Shown here: in pieces, positions 23,101 to 32,869 of the stretch
Numbering within the stretch: the stretch's first letter is position 1
How the letters are laid out: each line of letters begins with the position of its first letter
Notes under the pieces: generated by a model
The model's input: the letters and a program-made list of their open reading frames with translations, nothing else
Told to the model about the DNA's origin: nothing
The model's database searches: none
NCBI GenBank assembly: GCA_963836075.1
Contig: CAWIIB010000009.1
Location: 1,024,001 to 1,088,000, forward strand
Source: an uncultured Acidobacteriota bacterium
Lineage (GTDB): Bacteria; Acidobacteriota; JAQAZP01
Direction of reading: 5' to 3'
Length of the DNA stretch: 64,000 nt
Position numbers and translations under genes: made by a program

Positions 23101-24455
23101 ATCCAGAGCCGCTCGTCATGGGCCTCGGCGATCTTCTCCACCACGTGAAGGTCGCTTTGCGGCAGGGGAATGTGTTTGAAGGAGAGCCCGTCGGGCTCCA
23201 GCCGGTTGAGACCGCCGATAACCGGTCCCGCGGTGGCCGTGCCCGTCCCCACCCAAATGACCCCGTGGCGGTCACGCAGCACATCCCGCACCGGGTTGAT
23301 GTGCAGGCTGCCCGGCCGGCCGGGTTCGTGATGGTGGACCTGAAAGAAGGATCCCACGGGTTCGAAGCGGCTCAGCCCACCCTGCCAGGTGCCGGCCCAG
23401 ATCATGCCGGTGGCATCACAGGACACGCTGACGACCGGGCCCGGGACAAGGGAGTTGGCTGCATCGGCTTCATACTCGTAGAGATCAAATCGATCCCGGT
23501 GGGGATCGAACCGCTGCAGACCCACCTCGCTTCCCAGCCAGAGCACGCCGGATTGATCCACCGTGATGCGAACGGTATTGTTGATAGCCGCACTCGGATT
23601 TAGTGGATCCGGCAGGTGAATGCTCAGCTCGCGGGTCTGCGGATTCCATTCCATCACGCCGCCGTAGCCGGCGATCCAGATGCGGCCGTTCTCCCCCTCG
23701 AACAGCTCCTCTGCCGAGGCCAGCGGTCCGCCCTGGGCCCGCGATGTGGGGGCGACCAGCACATTGAGGCGATGTCCCTCCGTATCCATGACGTGAACCG
23801 CACCGGAACGAGTGGTGATCCAGACCTGGTTCTGACTGTCGATCAGCACATCCGTGATGATCTGCGGTTCCATATCCTCCGGCCAGTTCGGGCCGGGAAT
23901 GACGGTGGTGACGGCATCGGTTTCAGGGTCCACGTGGAAAAGTCGGCCTTCGGAGGTGGCCACCCAGACCCGTCCCCGGTGGTCCTCGGCAAAGTTCCGG
24001 ATCCAACCGGCTGGGATTTGCGAGATGTCCCCCGTTTCCGTCCCGAATCGGGTGAAGCGCTCATTCACGGGATCATAGCGGCACATCCCGTTGAGAATCG
24101 TCCCCACCCAGATCCGGCCCCGGGAATCCTCAAGCAGGCAACTGATGAGACGGCCGGCAACAGTTGTCTGGTCTCCCTGAAGAGGTCGAAAGACCCGAAA
24201 TTCCAGGCCATCGTAACGAACAAGCCCCCCCTGGGTACCCAGCCAGATGAAGCCTCGACGGTCCTGAATGATGGCGCGTATCGTGTTGTCGGGCAGGCCG
24301 TCATCGACGGTCAGGTTTTGGAAGACAAGCCGTGATTGAGCGGTGGCGTATCCGGTATCTGTTCCGGCCAGAACCAGAACGGGAATTAGCATGGCGAGTA
24401 AGTAACGAATGGGTGTTTCCTGAAGATATTTCATCTGGCCACAAGGATGATTCAC
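20190..24455 (-). CDS. Hybrid two-component sensor-regulator (beta-propeller, Y_Y_Y, HisKA, HATPase, REC, AraC HTH)
   Basis: D..G.IW.GT propeller repeats, YRYRLRGYD...YTNLSPGSYTF, FANISHEFRTPL, GSGIGL, SDVMMP.MDG, AraC C-terminus. Confidence 0.95.
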   Translation of the reverse strand: MNHPCGQMKYLQETPIRYLLAMLIPVLVLAGTDTGYATAQSRLVFQNLTVDDGLPDNTIRAIIQDRRGFIWLGTQGGLVRYDGLEFRVFRPLQGDQTTVAGRLISCLLEDSRGRIWVGTILNGMCRYDPVNERFTRFGTETGDISQIPAGWIRNFAEDHRGRVWVATSEGRLFHVDPETDAVTTVIPGPNWPEDMEPQIITDVLIDSQNQVWITTRSGAVHVMDTEGHRLNVLVAPTSRAQGGPLASAEELFEGENGRIWIAGYGGVMEWNPQTRELSIHLPDPLNPSAAINNTVRITVDQSGVLWLGSEVGLQRFDPHRDRFDLYEYEADAANSLVPGPVVSVSCDATGMIWAGTWQGGLSRFEPVGSFFQVHHHEPGRPGSLHINPVRDVLRDRHGVIWVGTGTATAGPVIGGLNRLEPDGLSFKHIPLPQSDLHVVEKIAEAHDERLWIGTNLGLWSYDRITGTFTPHRIEDPSLDGQAVTSIRSLLVDPDGALWLGTRDSGLWRLHPDGTLARHYATDPDDERTLGSRSVMCLFRDNNDRLWVGTSTAGLHRYVPETDDFERFFEPQGDLYSVNDIREAGGGKLWLGCLSGLILFDTGSGRVLETLTERDGLPNDRVTTLLLDGRGRLWLSTSRGLSLFDPETRTVRNFDTLDGLPANNECCNALLDPDGMAFLPSLRGLITFRPDQFIPSRFEPAVVLTALKLFDEPVRGGPDSPLAMNVTAAPSLDLAHDQNVVGFSFASLDFRRPDLLRYRYRLRGYDAGWRIPEAVPAVTYTNLSPGSYTFEVEGTNRDGVWSSRSASLSVRVRHPWWASPLAYVVYTLAALLLLALVFRTLLRRARYTEILQLRKAEVEKLEELDRVKSRFFANISHEFRTPLTLIEGLLRRSQENPGSSGTEDYEIVMRNTRRLRILVEQLLDLARLESGSLILKWHSDDVVGFVGAVSSPFAYIAETRNINFETDLPDRAVHCWFDRNVVETVVANLLSNALRYAPEGESVNLQLQLGGEFPLPAGDRDRLGLEGDVSCCEMTIVVANTGTYIEPDDQDRVFDRFIKAASTSMDGNVGSGIGLALVKELVDFMGGSAGVHSASGRETSFWVNLPLITTPVAGAVPAAVTALAEDRDQNEALQRSRTLAEAAAEPPAPAGDDDSGDAGGEAPARPLVLIVEDHVDLRSFLSGELGGQYRIVTAADGAAGLEAARSHVPDLVISDVMMPKMDGFELLARLKSDPATDHVPVILLTAKADAESRKEGLRTGADDYLSKPLDPEELRIRAANLIEQRARLRRKYNNNLDLLPVLDLPLVSQNDRFLARILEVVEEKMEDENFNVEVFAREVGLSRTQLHRKLKALTGHSASYVIRRQRLRRAAQLLAQGYGNVAEVAYTVGFKSISHFSSNFKDEFGVAPSRYRENGDNAAGTR

Positions 24456-24892
24456 CGGATCGCCTTCAGATGACGGACTTGCCTGGTCGCTTGCCCTGTT
24501 GCCGTTTGAATGCCCGGTGACTTTTCATCACAGAATTGAACAAATATCCGAAAATATGATGATTTGCAACATATGGGCAAAAAAAAGAACCATGCTGACG
24601 AGACTGCATCGTATCGAATACTGTATCTTTTGTTCGTTTCGTATCGTCTCCTCGTCTCCGACACAGTGGCGGTCAAATCGATCCGCGCAGGAAGGGAAGC
24701 GGGGGGGCCGACGTAGATCATCTGACAATCTGTAGGGAAGTCTTCCTCCTTCCGCCCCGGAGGAGGAGTCCCACCAGTTCCCCGGGTCCTGGTGGGAAAA
24801 GAAATGGCTTGCCGGTTTCGGGGCTTGTGATACGAAACGGTCCGGCAGGCAGCAATCGCTCTCGAGGGGAAACAGAAAGAGGAGTTGAAAAA

Positions 24893-26836
24893 ATGAGATC
24901 TTTGGTTTCGCTATTCGTTTTTTTGCTGGTTGTGGCGGGTCCGGTCCAGGCGGCCACCGTCCAGGTGGAAATCACCGGGACAGTGGAATACAACCAGATC
25001 ACCGCCGGGTCATTTGCGGACGTGGTCTCCGGTGATGCTTTCACCTGGTCGTTCATTGTCGACTCGAACAACTTTCTGGACAGCGTGACGTACAACACGC
25101 GCGGCTACGTGATCGACGCGGACTCGTTCAGTTCGGTCATCGGGCCGGCAACGCACGGCTTCCAGGATCCCTTCCCGGGAATCCCCTACTTCGTGATCCG
25201 CGAGAGCGATCCGGTGGCCGACGGCTTCTTCATGGCCCGGGACAACGTGGACTATCCCTACCCCGACTGTCCGCTGGATGAAGCAGGCGTCATTGGTGAC
25301 TTCGCCCCCCACTTCGAGGTGGGCTATGAAGGCACGACGCTCGCCTCCCTGGACATTCTCGACGCGGTGGGGACCTACGACTACACCGGGTTGACCAGCT
25401 TCTACACCGTGGTGCTGGACGGCTGGGCCGAGCCGATGGGCCTGGAGTTCGGGCAGCTGACGATCACCGAGGTTCCGGAGGTCTATTTCTGGCAGACCGG
25501 CGATGGCAACGGGCTGATGGAGGGCATCAGCAACAACGGTGTTGCCGTGGGCAGCTTTGCCCACTCGGCCGGTGAGTATTTCATGTGGACCGCGGACAGC
25601 GGCGTAACCACCATCGGCGGCGTTCCCGCGGGTAGCGGCGTCGGCGGACAGGCCAAAGTCTCCAACGACGGCCTGTATGTGTGCGGCACCACGTACAACG
25701 CCGTGGAGGACTATCACGAGATGAGCCGCTACGACGTCGCTGCCGACACCTGGACCGGCTTTGGCATGATCCCCGACATCGGCATTCAGATTGACGCCGA
25801 AGTCAGCAGCGGCTGGGGCATCTCCGGTGACGGCCTTTCGGTGGTCGGTCTCGGCTGGACCAGCCTCGGCACCGCCGATACCCATGCGTTCCAGTGGACC
25901 GAAGGTGTGGGACCGATCGATCTCGGCTCGGCCACCATCGGCAATTCGGCCCGGGCCAACGGCGTCGACCTGGACGGCAATGTCGTTGTGGGCTGGCAGG
26001 ACGGCGCCGGACGCCAGGGTGCGGTCTGGGTGGACGGCGTGCAGGAGCTGATTTTCACCGACACGGGCGACGTCGCACAGGAGGCTTACGCTGTTTCCGA
26101 CGACGGTGTCTACGCCACCGGTTTCGGCATCGGCGGTTTCTTCGATCCGGGCTATGCCTATCGCTACAACATCGATACCGACACCTACGAACAGCTTCCG
26201 AACCTCGCCGTTGGCGCGGAATCGAGAATGGCCGGCACCGGCATTACGGCGGACGGCACGACCATCGTCGGCGGCACCTGGCCCCTGGGGCCGGCCACCT
26301 TCGGCAAGGCGATCATCTGGCGCGAGGGTATCGGCACGATTCGTCTGGACGAGTATCTCGACGAGCTGGGTGTTGAATACCCCGCCGGCTACAACTTCGC
26401 TTTCGCCTCCGACATCTCCCCCGACGGCCGCTGGATCACCGGCTGGGGCGGCACCGGCTTTGGCGCCTCGGAGAGCTTTGTCATCCGCGTTCCCGAGGTG
26501 ACCTTCACCCCCACCATGATCTGCTTCGAAACGGAACTGGCGCTGCCCCAGGCTGCCGCCTTCCAGGTGGACATCACCAACGTCACCGCCGACCCGATCA
26601 CCGTCAGTGGCGGCGTCTACGTCACACTGTGCAACGGCAACGAGTACGGCCCGATCCGCACCGGCGTGCTGAATGTGGCCGGCTTCGACACTGGTAACAT
26701 CATGTGGAGCCAGCCCGTTCATGCGCTGAACACCACCTGTAACTGTGACCTGGTTTTCACCGTCAAGGCGCAGGATGACGCCGTCGGCTACATGATGACC
26801 GACACCTGCACCATGACCACGATCTGCGCTGAATAA
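24893..26836 (+). CDS. Secreted multi-domain protein with HAF-like repeats
   Basis: GAGGAG RBS, signal peptide; repeated (G/A/D)(I/V)S.DG..(V/I).G units, THAFQW; Cys-rich C-terminal domain. Confidence 0.8.
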   Translation: MRSLVSLFVFLLVVAGPVQAATVQVEITGTVEYNQITAGSFADVVSGDAFTWSFIVDSNNFLDSVTYNTRGYVIDADSFSSVIGPATHGFQDPFPGIPYFVIRESDPVADGFFMARDNVDYPYPDCPLDEAGVIGDFAPHFEVGYEGTTLASLDILDAVGTYDYTGLTSFYTVVLDGWAEPMGLEFGQLTITEVPEVYFWQTGDGNGLMEGISNNGVAVGSFAHSAGEYFMWTADSGVTTIGGVPAGSGVGGQAKVSNDGLYVCGTTYNAVEDYHEMSRYDVAADTWTGFGMIPDIGIQIDAEVSSGWGISGDGLSVVGLGWTSLGTADTHAFQWTEGVGPIDLGSATIGNSARANGVDLDGNVVVGWQDGAGRQGAVWVDGVQELIFTDTGDVAQEAYAVSDDGVYATGFGIGGFFDPGYAYRYNIDTDTYEQLPNLAVGAESRMAGTGITADGTTIVGGTWPLGPATFGKAIIWREGIGTIRLDEYLDELGVEYPAGYNFAFASDISPDGRWITGWGGTGFGASESFVIRVPEVTFTPTMICFETELALPQAAAFQVDITNVTADPITVSGGVYVTLCNGNEYGPIRTGVLNVAGFDTGNIMWSQPVHALNTTCNCDLVFTVKAQDDAVGYMMTDTCTMTTICAE

Positions 26837-26863
26837 CTTTGAGGGAATGAGTTCCTCACATGG

Positions 26864-26904
26864 ACACCCCGGGGTGCTGCCGATGCAGCCCCCGGGGTTT
26901 TTTA
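26864..26904 (+). terminator. Rho-independent terminator
   Basis: ACCCCGGGG...CCCCGGGGT stem followed by a T run, just after the stop at 26836. Confidence 0.8.
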
Positions 26905-27009
26905 CGTCCCCGGAACTCTGTTCAAGTGGTCCACCGGTTTGACGGCGTGACCGGGTGGTGCTTAGAATGAGCGCACTGAATGTCGATCACCACCCGGGAG
27001 AGTAGAGGC

Positions 27010-29502
27010 ATGAAATCCCGTTTCCTGCCCTGGCTGACGCTCATCGTTCTCCCGCTCCTCGTCTTCTGGAAAGCGCTCCTCCTCCGCGGGGCGTTCTTCA
27101 TCCTCGACGCGATGATGCTCAACTACCCGCTGCGGGCCTGGGCCGTGTCGCGGATGCGGGAAGGGCGTCTGCCCCTCTGGTGCCCCGAGATCGCCTGCGG
27201 CTTTCCGCTCTTTGCCGAAGGGCAGGCCGGCGTGTTCTACCTGCCCAACTGGCCGTTCTTCGCCTTGATGTCCACGCACCACGCCGCGGCGTACAGCACC
27301 ATCCTGCACTTCATCCTCGCCGGGCTGTTCACCTACGGCTATCTCCGCGCCCTGCGCTGCCGGCCGGCGGCGGCCCTGCTGGGCGGGCTGGCCTTCCAGT
27401 GGGGCGGGTTCCTGGTTCTGCGGGCGCTGTTCCTCAACCTGGTCAACGTGGTGGTCTGGCTCCCGGCGCTCTGCTGGCTGGCCGAGCGCTGGCTGACCGA
27501 GCCGCACAAACGGCGGAGCAGCACGGCGATGATCATCGCCGTCATCACCCTGGTGCTGCTGGCCGGCCACCCCCAGGCGGCGGTCTACACCCTGGTCTTC
27601 TGGTGGCTCTATTTTCTCTGGCGGGCGCTGCCCCTGTTGGCGGGGGGATGGAAGAACCGGCGTGAGCTCCTCATCCCGCTGCTGCTGGTGCCCATGGCCG
27701 CCATCGGACTGGCCGCGGTGCAGCTGCTGCCAACCCTGGAACTGACCGGGGCCAGCGCCCGGGCCGGGACGATTCCCGAGGCGCTGCTGATGGACGGTTC
27801 GCTGCCGCCCAGCCACCTGATGGCGCTGCTGGTCCCCGACCTGTTCGGCGAGCCGGCGGACGGCTCGTGGCGCGCCGGGGCCGACGGTTTTTACTGGGAA
27901 CTGCAGGCCTGGCCGGGGATCGTCCCGCTCTTTCTCGCCCTGCTGGCCGCGCTGGCCCTGCGCGCGCCGCCGGCCCGTTTCCACGCCGCGGCGGCGCTCT
28001 TCGCCCTGCTGCTGGCCATGGGCAAGTACACCCTGTTCGGCAAACTGCTGGTCTGGCTGCCGCTGCTGCAGAACTTCCGCATCCCGGCCCGCTTCCTCTT
28101 CCTCTTCGGCTTCCCGGTTGCCGTGCTGGCCGGGCTGGGTCTGGAGGCGCTGCTCACCGCTGCCCGCCGGCAGGACGAAGGGCCGCTCTGGAACCGGCCG
28201 GCGCTCCGCCGGGCGTGCCTGGCCTTTGCCGTGGCGCTGCTGCTCAGCGTCGCCGCCCCGCTGGTGGCCAACGGCACCGCCCTGTTCGATGCCGAAGCTC
28301 TCCGTGGCGGCCCGCACCTGGTGCGCGACCTGGTCCTCGCCTCGGTGCTGGCACTGACGTTCGGTGCATTGATCCTCTGCGCCCACCGCACGCGGCGCGG
28401 CCCGGCGCTGCTGGCGGTTGGCGCCGTCCTGCTCACCCTCCTCGACCTGGGCCTCCACGGCTGGTTTTACAACCGGACCATCGACCCGGCGGTCTACCGG
28501 GCCTCGCCCAGAACCGTCTGCCTGGCGATCCAGGAGGTCGGCGGACGGGGGCAGCTGCGGGTGGCCGGGCTGGTCAATGACGGCAACTCGGCCTTCCGCT
28601 GGCACGACGGCTGGGGCCTGGACCTGTCGAGCTACCTTGGCTACTTCTCCACCCTGCACATGTACGGCCCGGCCTCCTTCGGCCTGGAGACCGCCTGCTT
28701 CGACGCCTGGAGCCCGCTGCAGATCCGCCACTACCGCGAGCTGAACCGTTTGCCCCTGGACCGCCTGCTCGACCTGGCCGGTGTGGGGATCGTGGCCGCC
28801 CCGCGGCTGCCGGCTGAGCGCTACGAACCGCTGCTGGAGGAGCGAGGCTTCACCCTCTACCGCAACCCCGACCCGATCCCCCGGGTCCGCCTGGTCCACC
28901 GGGCCTGGCTGCGTGACCGGCTGCCGCTGATGATCGACGCCCTGGCCGACCCCTCTTTCGACCTCCAGCGCGATATCCTCCTCGAGGAGGAGGTCAGCGA
29001 AACCGGCGGGACCGGCGATGCATCGGCGGACGGGCCGGTGGAGGAGTGGGCGCGGATCGTCCGCTACGAGGATGCCCGGATGGAAGTGGAGTTCGAGGCC
29101 GCGGAAAAGGGGTGGCTCTGGCTCGGTGATGCCTGGTACCCCGGCTGGGAGGCCGAACTGGATGTGGAACCGGTGGAGATCCTGCGGGCCAACGCGGCCT
29201 TCCGTGCTGTCCCCGTCCCTGCCGGACGGCACACGGTGGTCTTCCGTTACCGGCCAAGGTCTCTGAAAATCGGGGCCTGGATCAGCGTTCTCTCCGGCCT
29301 TATCCTGCTGCCGCTGGCCCTGCTGCTGGCCGGACGGGTCACCCTGGAGCCGCTGCGGGACAAGCAGCCGCCCGCGGCCAGGGGGAAGCGGCTGCGCCTG
29401 GCAGTCCTTGCCGCCATCCTCATCGTTCTGCTGGTCTCCGTGGCTCTTCGCTGGCCGCTCTGGAGGGCGGCATTCGAGGGGTTGAAACTGCCACTGTTGT
29501 AG
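27010..29502 (+). CDS. YfhO-like polytopic membrane protein (putative GT-C glycosyltransferase)
   Basis: GRLPLWCP....GFP.FA, FRIPARF, C-terminal WYPGW.A.....I.RAN.AFRAV.VPAG.H.V.F.Y.P. Confidence 0.82.
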   Translation: MKSRFLPWLTLIVLPLLVFWKALLLRGAFFILDAMMLNYPLRAWAVSRMREGRLPLWCPEIACGFPLFAEGQAGVFYLPNWPFFALMSTHHAAAYSTILHFILAGLFTYGYLRALRCRPAAALLGGLAFQWGGFLVLRALFLNLVNVVVWLPALCWLAERWLTEPHKRRSSTAMIIAVITLVLLAGHPQAAVYTLVFWWLYFLWRALPLLAGGWKNRRELLIPLLLVPMAAIGLAAVQLLPTLELTGASARAGTIPEALLMDGSLPPSHLMALLVPDLFGEPADGSWRAGADGFYWELQAWPGIVPLFLALLAALALRAPPARFHAAAALFALLLAMGKYTLFGKLLVWLPLLQNFRIPARFLFLFGFPVAVLAGLGLEALLTAARRQDEGPLWNRPALRRACLAFAVALLLSVAAPLVANGTALFDAEALRGGPHLVRDLVLASVLALTFGALILCAHRTRRGPALLAVGAVLLTLLDLGLHGWFYNRTIDPAVYRASPRTVCLAIQEVGGRGQLRVAGLVNDGNSAFRWHDGWGLDLSSYLGYFSTLHMYGPASFGLETACFDAWSPLQIRHYRELNRLPLDRLLDLAGVGIVAAPRLPAERYEPLLEERGFTLYRNPDPIPRVRLVHRAWLRDRLPLMIDALADPSFDLQRDILLEEEVSETGGTGDASADGPVEEWARIVRYEDARMEVEFEAAEKGWLWLGDAWYPGWEAELDVEPVEILRANAAFRAVPVPAGRHTVVFRYRPRSLKIGAWISVLSGLILLPLALLLAGRVTLEPLRDKQPPAARGKRLRLAVLAAILIVLLVSVALRWPLWRAAFEGLKLPLL

Positions 29503-29614
29503 ATCGGGATGATCTTCAACGCCTTCCCGGCGAGAAATTTTTTTACAATTGACCACTATTCATGGACAATAGCCTCGAGGCAGGCACATTCGCTGCCGGC
29601 AAGGAGGAGAGCCC

Positions 29615-32600
29615 ATGAATCGTCCACCGCAATGGTGCTGTTGTCTGCTCGTCCTGCTCCCGGCCCTGCTGCTGGCGCTTGCCGGACCAGCCGCGTCTTT
29701 CGCCGCCGACCCGTTTCGCTTCGATGCCGCACGTCTCTTCCCCGCCGGCGACTGGCCCAGAAACAAAGTGCTGGAAGATCTGGATGGCGACGGGAACCTC
29801 GATCTGGCCGTGGCCTGTTATGGCGGTGACGAAGTGGCGTTCATGCTGGGAAACGGTGATGGAACGTTCAACCCTCCCAGCGGTTTCCCCACAGTATCCA
29901 ATCCCTTTGATCTTGTGGCCGGCGATCTGGACAATGACGGCGACATCGACCTGGTGATCTCGCTCTACCATCTCGATGTGGTCCAGGTCCTGCACAACGA
30001 CGGCAATGCCGGCTTCACCACTGCCGGATGGTTCACCACCGGGGAGCGGCCCATCCGGATGGTGCTGGCCGACCTGGACGGCGACAAGGACCTCGACCTG
30101 GTGGTGCAGATCAGCCCTGCCATCTCGGTGCTGCTGAACAACGGCGACGGCAGCTTTGCCGCCCGGACGACCTATCCCGCTGCAGATAAGATCCCGGGGG
30201 CGTTGCTGGCGGGCGACGTGACCGGCGACGGCCTGCCCGACCTGCTGGCGGGATACCGCTATGATGACTTCTACTATGGTCAGTGGGGCGAGGTCTGGGT
30301 CCTGCCGGGTCTGGGCGACGGCACCTTTGTGGAAGGGCCGGTGCTCACCACCACAACCGGGGTCACGGAGATGGAACTGGCCGACCTGGACGGAGACGGC
30401 CTGTTCGACCTGGTGACCCTGGAGAGCTCTTACGACGATTATTACGGCCTCATCAGCGGAAACCTGAAACAGTACCCGGGGGCTGGGTAACGGCGCCTTC
30501 GGCCCGGAAGCCCTGGTGCGGGCAGGGCGCTACAGATTTCTCGAACTGCTCGACGTCGACGGTGACGGGGGCTTCGACCTGGTGAGCGGTGATGAGGGAC
30601 AGGGCATCGAAGTCTTCCGCGGGACCCCGGATGGTGAGTTTGCGGAACCGGTGATCAGCAACTTCGGAGTGACCCACGAGGATATTGTCTTCGGCAAGAT
30701 CGACGGAGACGGGTTCACCGATCTCGCCGCCAGCATGGGCCGTGATGTGGGTATTCTCCTTGGAGCGGGAAACGGCCGGTTTCGCTGTATCGAGGGGTAT
30801 GAAGGCGGCCGCAATACCCTCTCCCTGGTTCTGGAGGATCTGGACGGCGACGGCGACCTCGATGTGGTGACCGCCAATGACAGCGACTACCTGGTCTCGG
30901 TACTGGAGAACCTGGGCGGCGGGATTTATTCCGAGGCCGGAGATTTTGGCATGGAGGACGACGCGCGGCAGCTGGCTGTCGCCGACTATGACAGTGACGG
31001 CATCCTCGACCTGGCAGTGGTCCGTCTCGATTTTCCCTGTCTGGCCATCCTTCGCGGGCTGGGCGACCTGGAGTATGGCCCGCCTGAATTGCACGATTTT
31101 TCGTTGAGGGGGTGGTCCATTGCCGCCTCCGATCTGGAAGGCGACGGTCACGTCGACCTGCTGCTGTCCAGCCGCGAAAGGGTGCTGGTCCTCCAGGGCG
31201 ACGGTGAGGCCGGGTTCGAGCGGATCGGCACTTGTACCACGGGCCTGTCGGGAAACATTGTCTACATTCTTGCTTCGGACCTGGACAGCGACGGATACGA
31301 CGACCTGGTGGTGGTCAGCGAGGAATACCCCGGCCCGGCCGCCCATGTTTCCGTCTTCCCCGGCGGGGGTGACGGCAGCTTCGGCGCCCCGGTCAGTTAC
31401 CCCGTGCCGTCGTACCCCGTGATGGCCACTGCGGGATTCCTGGACGGAGACCTCCACCCCGACCTGGCGGTGGCCCTCTCCGGGCCGGGGACGGGGTGGG
31501 AGGGGTCGGTCGCACTGCTCTTCGGGACTGGACACGGCAGCTTTGGAGATGCAGTGATCGTTCCGGCCGGCCAGGACACCCGCTGGGTCGGCATCACCGA
31601 TATCAACCATGACGGCGCGGCGGACCTCGTGGCGTCCAACAACTCCACCATGGACATATCGGTCAGCTATGGCGACGGTACAGGTCTGTTCAACTCATAT
31701 GAGAGCTATGTGGCCGGTGCCGGGCCGGCCTCCGCGGCCCTGGGCGATATCGACGGGGACGGGGATCTGGACGTGATCACCGACGGCAGCCACTATTCCT
31801 GGGGCAGCGGCATCACCGTCCTGCGCAACCGGACCGTGGCCAACGATGTGACCCGCGCCTGCATCGTGACCGGGCCGGGTGTGGGGCCGGCAAACCCGCC
31901 GGACGTGCGGCTGTTCGCCGTTCCCGATGTGAGCGCCCCGGCGGCGGAGTGGACGGCCTACGGCGCCACGGGCTATGGCGTCAATGTTGCCGCCGGCGAC
32001 ATCGACAACGACGGCTTGCCGGAAATCCTCACCGGGCCGGGCCCGGGCGCGGTATACGGGCCTCACGTGCGGGCCTTCCTTCTCGACGGGTCCCCGGTCC
32101 CCGGCTTCGACTTCATGGCCTATGGCACGCTCAAGTACGGCGTGAACATCGCCGCCGGCGATATCGACTTTTACACGTATGGAGATGAGATCATCACCGG
32201 CGCCGGGCCGGGTGCGGTCTTCGGCCCCCATGTCCGGGGGTGGAAGTGGGAGGACCAGGGGCCGGTCCAGCCCCTGAACGTCTCCTTCTTCGCTTACGGC
32301 ACGCCTAAGTGGGGGGTCAACGTGGCCTGCGGCAACCTTGACGGGTACGCCTATGATGAAATTGTCACCGGGCCGGGCCCGGGCGCGGTGTACGGGCCGC
32401 ACGTCAGGGCGTTCGGTTACGGCGGAGCCCCGATCACCGAGGTTTCTTTCTTTGCTTACGGCACCCTGCAGTACGGGGTGAAGGTGGCCTGTGGTGACAT
32501 CGACGGCGACGGCTGCGACGAGATCGTCACCGGGCCGGGGCCCGGGCCGATGTTCGCCCCCCACGTGCGGGGCTGGAACTGGGACGGCGACGGCCTGGCG

Positions 32601-32856
32601 GAGCCGATGGAGGCGGTGAATTTCCTCGCCTTTGACAACGGCTGGTATGGGGTGAACGTCTCCTGTGCCGACCTGGACGGCGACGGGATCGACGAGATCC
32701 TCACCGGCCGCGGTCCGGGGCCGGTCGCTGGACGGCCAGGTGCGGGGCTGGAACTACGACGGGGATCTGGTCACCATGATTCCGGGCATCGACTTCCTCG
32801 CCTGGGAGCAGGGAGCCGTCACCCACGGGGCCACGGTGGCCGGGGTGGCGTGGTGA
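29615..32856 (+). CDS. Secreted FG-GAP/VCBS repeat protein with C-terminal GPGPG-repeat domain; apparent frameshifts near 30480-30520 and 32730
   Basis: Many D(L/I)DGDG..D repeats running across ORFs 29615..30490, 30516.. and ..32856. Confidence 0.8.
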
Positions 32857-32869
32857 GCCGGGTGTCTGC

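Noticed and set aside
26962-29556. Long antisense ORFs (also 8607..10400, 12150..13625, 25010..26722, 35568..37508, 50486..52156)
   Set aside because: Shadows of high-GC coding genes on the opposite strand with no recognisable motifs.
31860-32760. GPGPG runs as collagen-like sequence or a CRISPR-like DNA repeat
   Set aside because: Not Gly-X-Y triplets; the repeats are in-frame protein repeats with synonymous variation.
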